Shown here: positions 62,740 to 64,000 of the stretch, one piece after another
Numbering within the stretch: the first letter of the stretch is position 1
Layout of the letters: each line of letters begins with the position of its first letter
Origin: Podarcis melisellensis
Lineage: Eukaryota
Direction: 5' to 3' (one strand)
Assembly (NCBI GenBank): GCA_964234715.1
Contig: OZ174284.1
DNA: 64,000 nt
Notes under the pieces: model-generated
The model's input: the letters and a program-made list of their open reading frames with translations, nothing else
Told to the model about the DNA's origin: nothing
Databases searched by the model: none
Translations under genes and position numbers: made by a program

Positions 62740-63068
62740 AATGAACCCAAGCTTGCAAGAGAGGTTGAAAATAATAAGAAAAAGTTTCTTTGGCTATGTT
62801 GAAAGCAAGAGGAAGATCGAGCGAGTAGTAGGTCCCTTGCATGGAGAAGATAGAGAAATGCCATTGGATGACAGAGAAAAGGCAGAACTGCTCAACGCCG
62901 ACTTTGCCTCTGTCTTCACCCCAAAGAAAAGCAGTGCTCAACCTGTTGATAATAGAAATGAATGATGCAAGGAGGGTGCTAAAACCAAAGCTAGAAAAGG
63001 GATGGTAAGGGGACACATAACTACTTTAAATGAATTCAAATCTCCAGGACCTGATGAGCTGCACCCAA
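62740..63068 (+). mobile_element. CR1 LINE ORF2 internal fragment
   Basis: KSFFGYVESKRK..VGPL..KAELLNADFASVFT and LNEFKSPGPDELHP motifs. Confidence 0.85.
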
Positions 63069-63504
63069 ACCCAGAAAGATGGGCGGGGTATAAATAATAA
63101 CATTATTATTAAAATTATTGTTATTAAAATAGATCTGGTGCAGGCCTTCAAACTAGCAGAAACTACTGTCAAACAAAGAAGTTACTTTTACTTGTGTTAA
63201 TTATCCACTGGTCAAATAAAGTTCCCTCCATCTTTCAAAATAATGAAGTACTGGTATTTAAGTAGAAGTACATAAAAAGCCTTTTAGGAAGTGTAGGAGC
63301 CAAGTTGTGGGATAATTCCTTCAAATCAAAACGTAAGTAAGGTAAGCTTTCACATTCCACAGATGACAATCAACAGAATGTTAGCCTAATTTAAAGCTTT
63401 GATGTTCAGTAGCAAAATTAAAGAGACTCCTGTTTATGCTATCCAACAAGTGACAGTTTGGACTAAAGGAGCTTTTGTCTCGGAACCTCTGTCTATAATC
63501 TTTG

Positions 63505-63937
63505 TGCAGAAGAGGGCGACCATGGTGATCAAGGGTCTGGAAACCAAGCCTGATGAGGAATGGTTGAAGGACTTGGGTATGTTTTGCCTGGTAAAGAGGA
63601 GACATGATAGCCGTCTTCAAGTATCTGGAGGATTGTCACATGGAAGATGGCGCAAGCTTGTTTTCTCCTATACTAGAGCCTAGGACTCAAACCAAATGAT
63701 TCAAGTTACAAAAAAGGAGGTTCTGACTAAACATCAGGAATAACCTGCCGACAGTAAGAACTGTTCAACATTGGAACAGAAAAGAGGTGATGGACTCTCC
63801 TTCCTTAGAGGTTTTTAAGCAGAGGTTGGCTGGCCATCTGTTGCGTGTAATCTTGTTGAGATTCCTGCATTGTAGGGGGTGGACTAAATGCTCCTCAAGG
63901 TCCCTCCCAAGTCTACATTCCTGTGATTTTATGATTC
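63505..63937 (+). mobile_element. CR1 LINE 3' end
   Basis: VQKRATMVIKGLETKPDEEWLKDLGMF.L.KRR motif and attct(a/g)tg tail. Confidence 0.88.
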
Positions 63938-64000
63938 TGTGCTACTAACATATGTGCCTTTCCCTGCCCACGCCTCTCTGCAAATGGTCTACTTTCATTT

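Noticed and set aside
56200-64000. A second host gene downstream of POT1
   Set aside because: No exon-like segment with recognisable protein similarity. The ORFs here map to repeats or random sequence.

Overview
This is eukaryotic DNA from a squamate, most likely a lacertid lizard (inferred from the Sauria SINE, BovB, L2 and CR1 content). The window holds most of the telomere shelterin gene POT1 on the + strand. I traced 16 coding exons from 5900 to the TGA ending at 54249, all bounded by AG/GT. They splice into one 2034-nt open frame (677 aa plus stop), and most exon lengths match human POT1 as I recall them. Two in-frame exons upstream of the mammalian-type start encode part of an N-terminal extension like the one in chicken POT1. 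The true first exons appear to lie upstream of the window. The introns are packed with Sauria SINEs, tRNA-head/CR1-tail SINEs, L2, CR1, BovB and RTEX-like LINE fragments, and Tc1/mariner-type and hAT MITEs, many with readable target-site duplications (TSDs). Most ORFs in the supplied track are repeat-derived or spurious. The most interesting signal is the intron inside the POT1 hinge (39048-40234). Its 5' donor runs into an in-frame stop and an overlapping AATAAA, and its 3' end is an AAG/TAG tandem acceptor whose distal choice creates TGA. These are two independent routes to a POT1 that keeps the DNA-binding OB folds but lacks the TPP1-binding C-terminus. All comparisons with human or chicken POT1 are from recalled sequences, not from a search.
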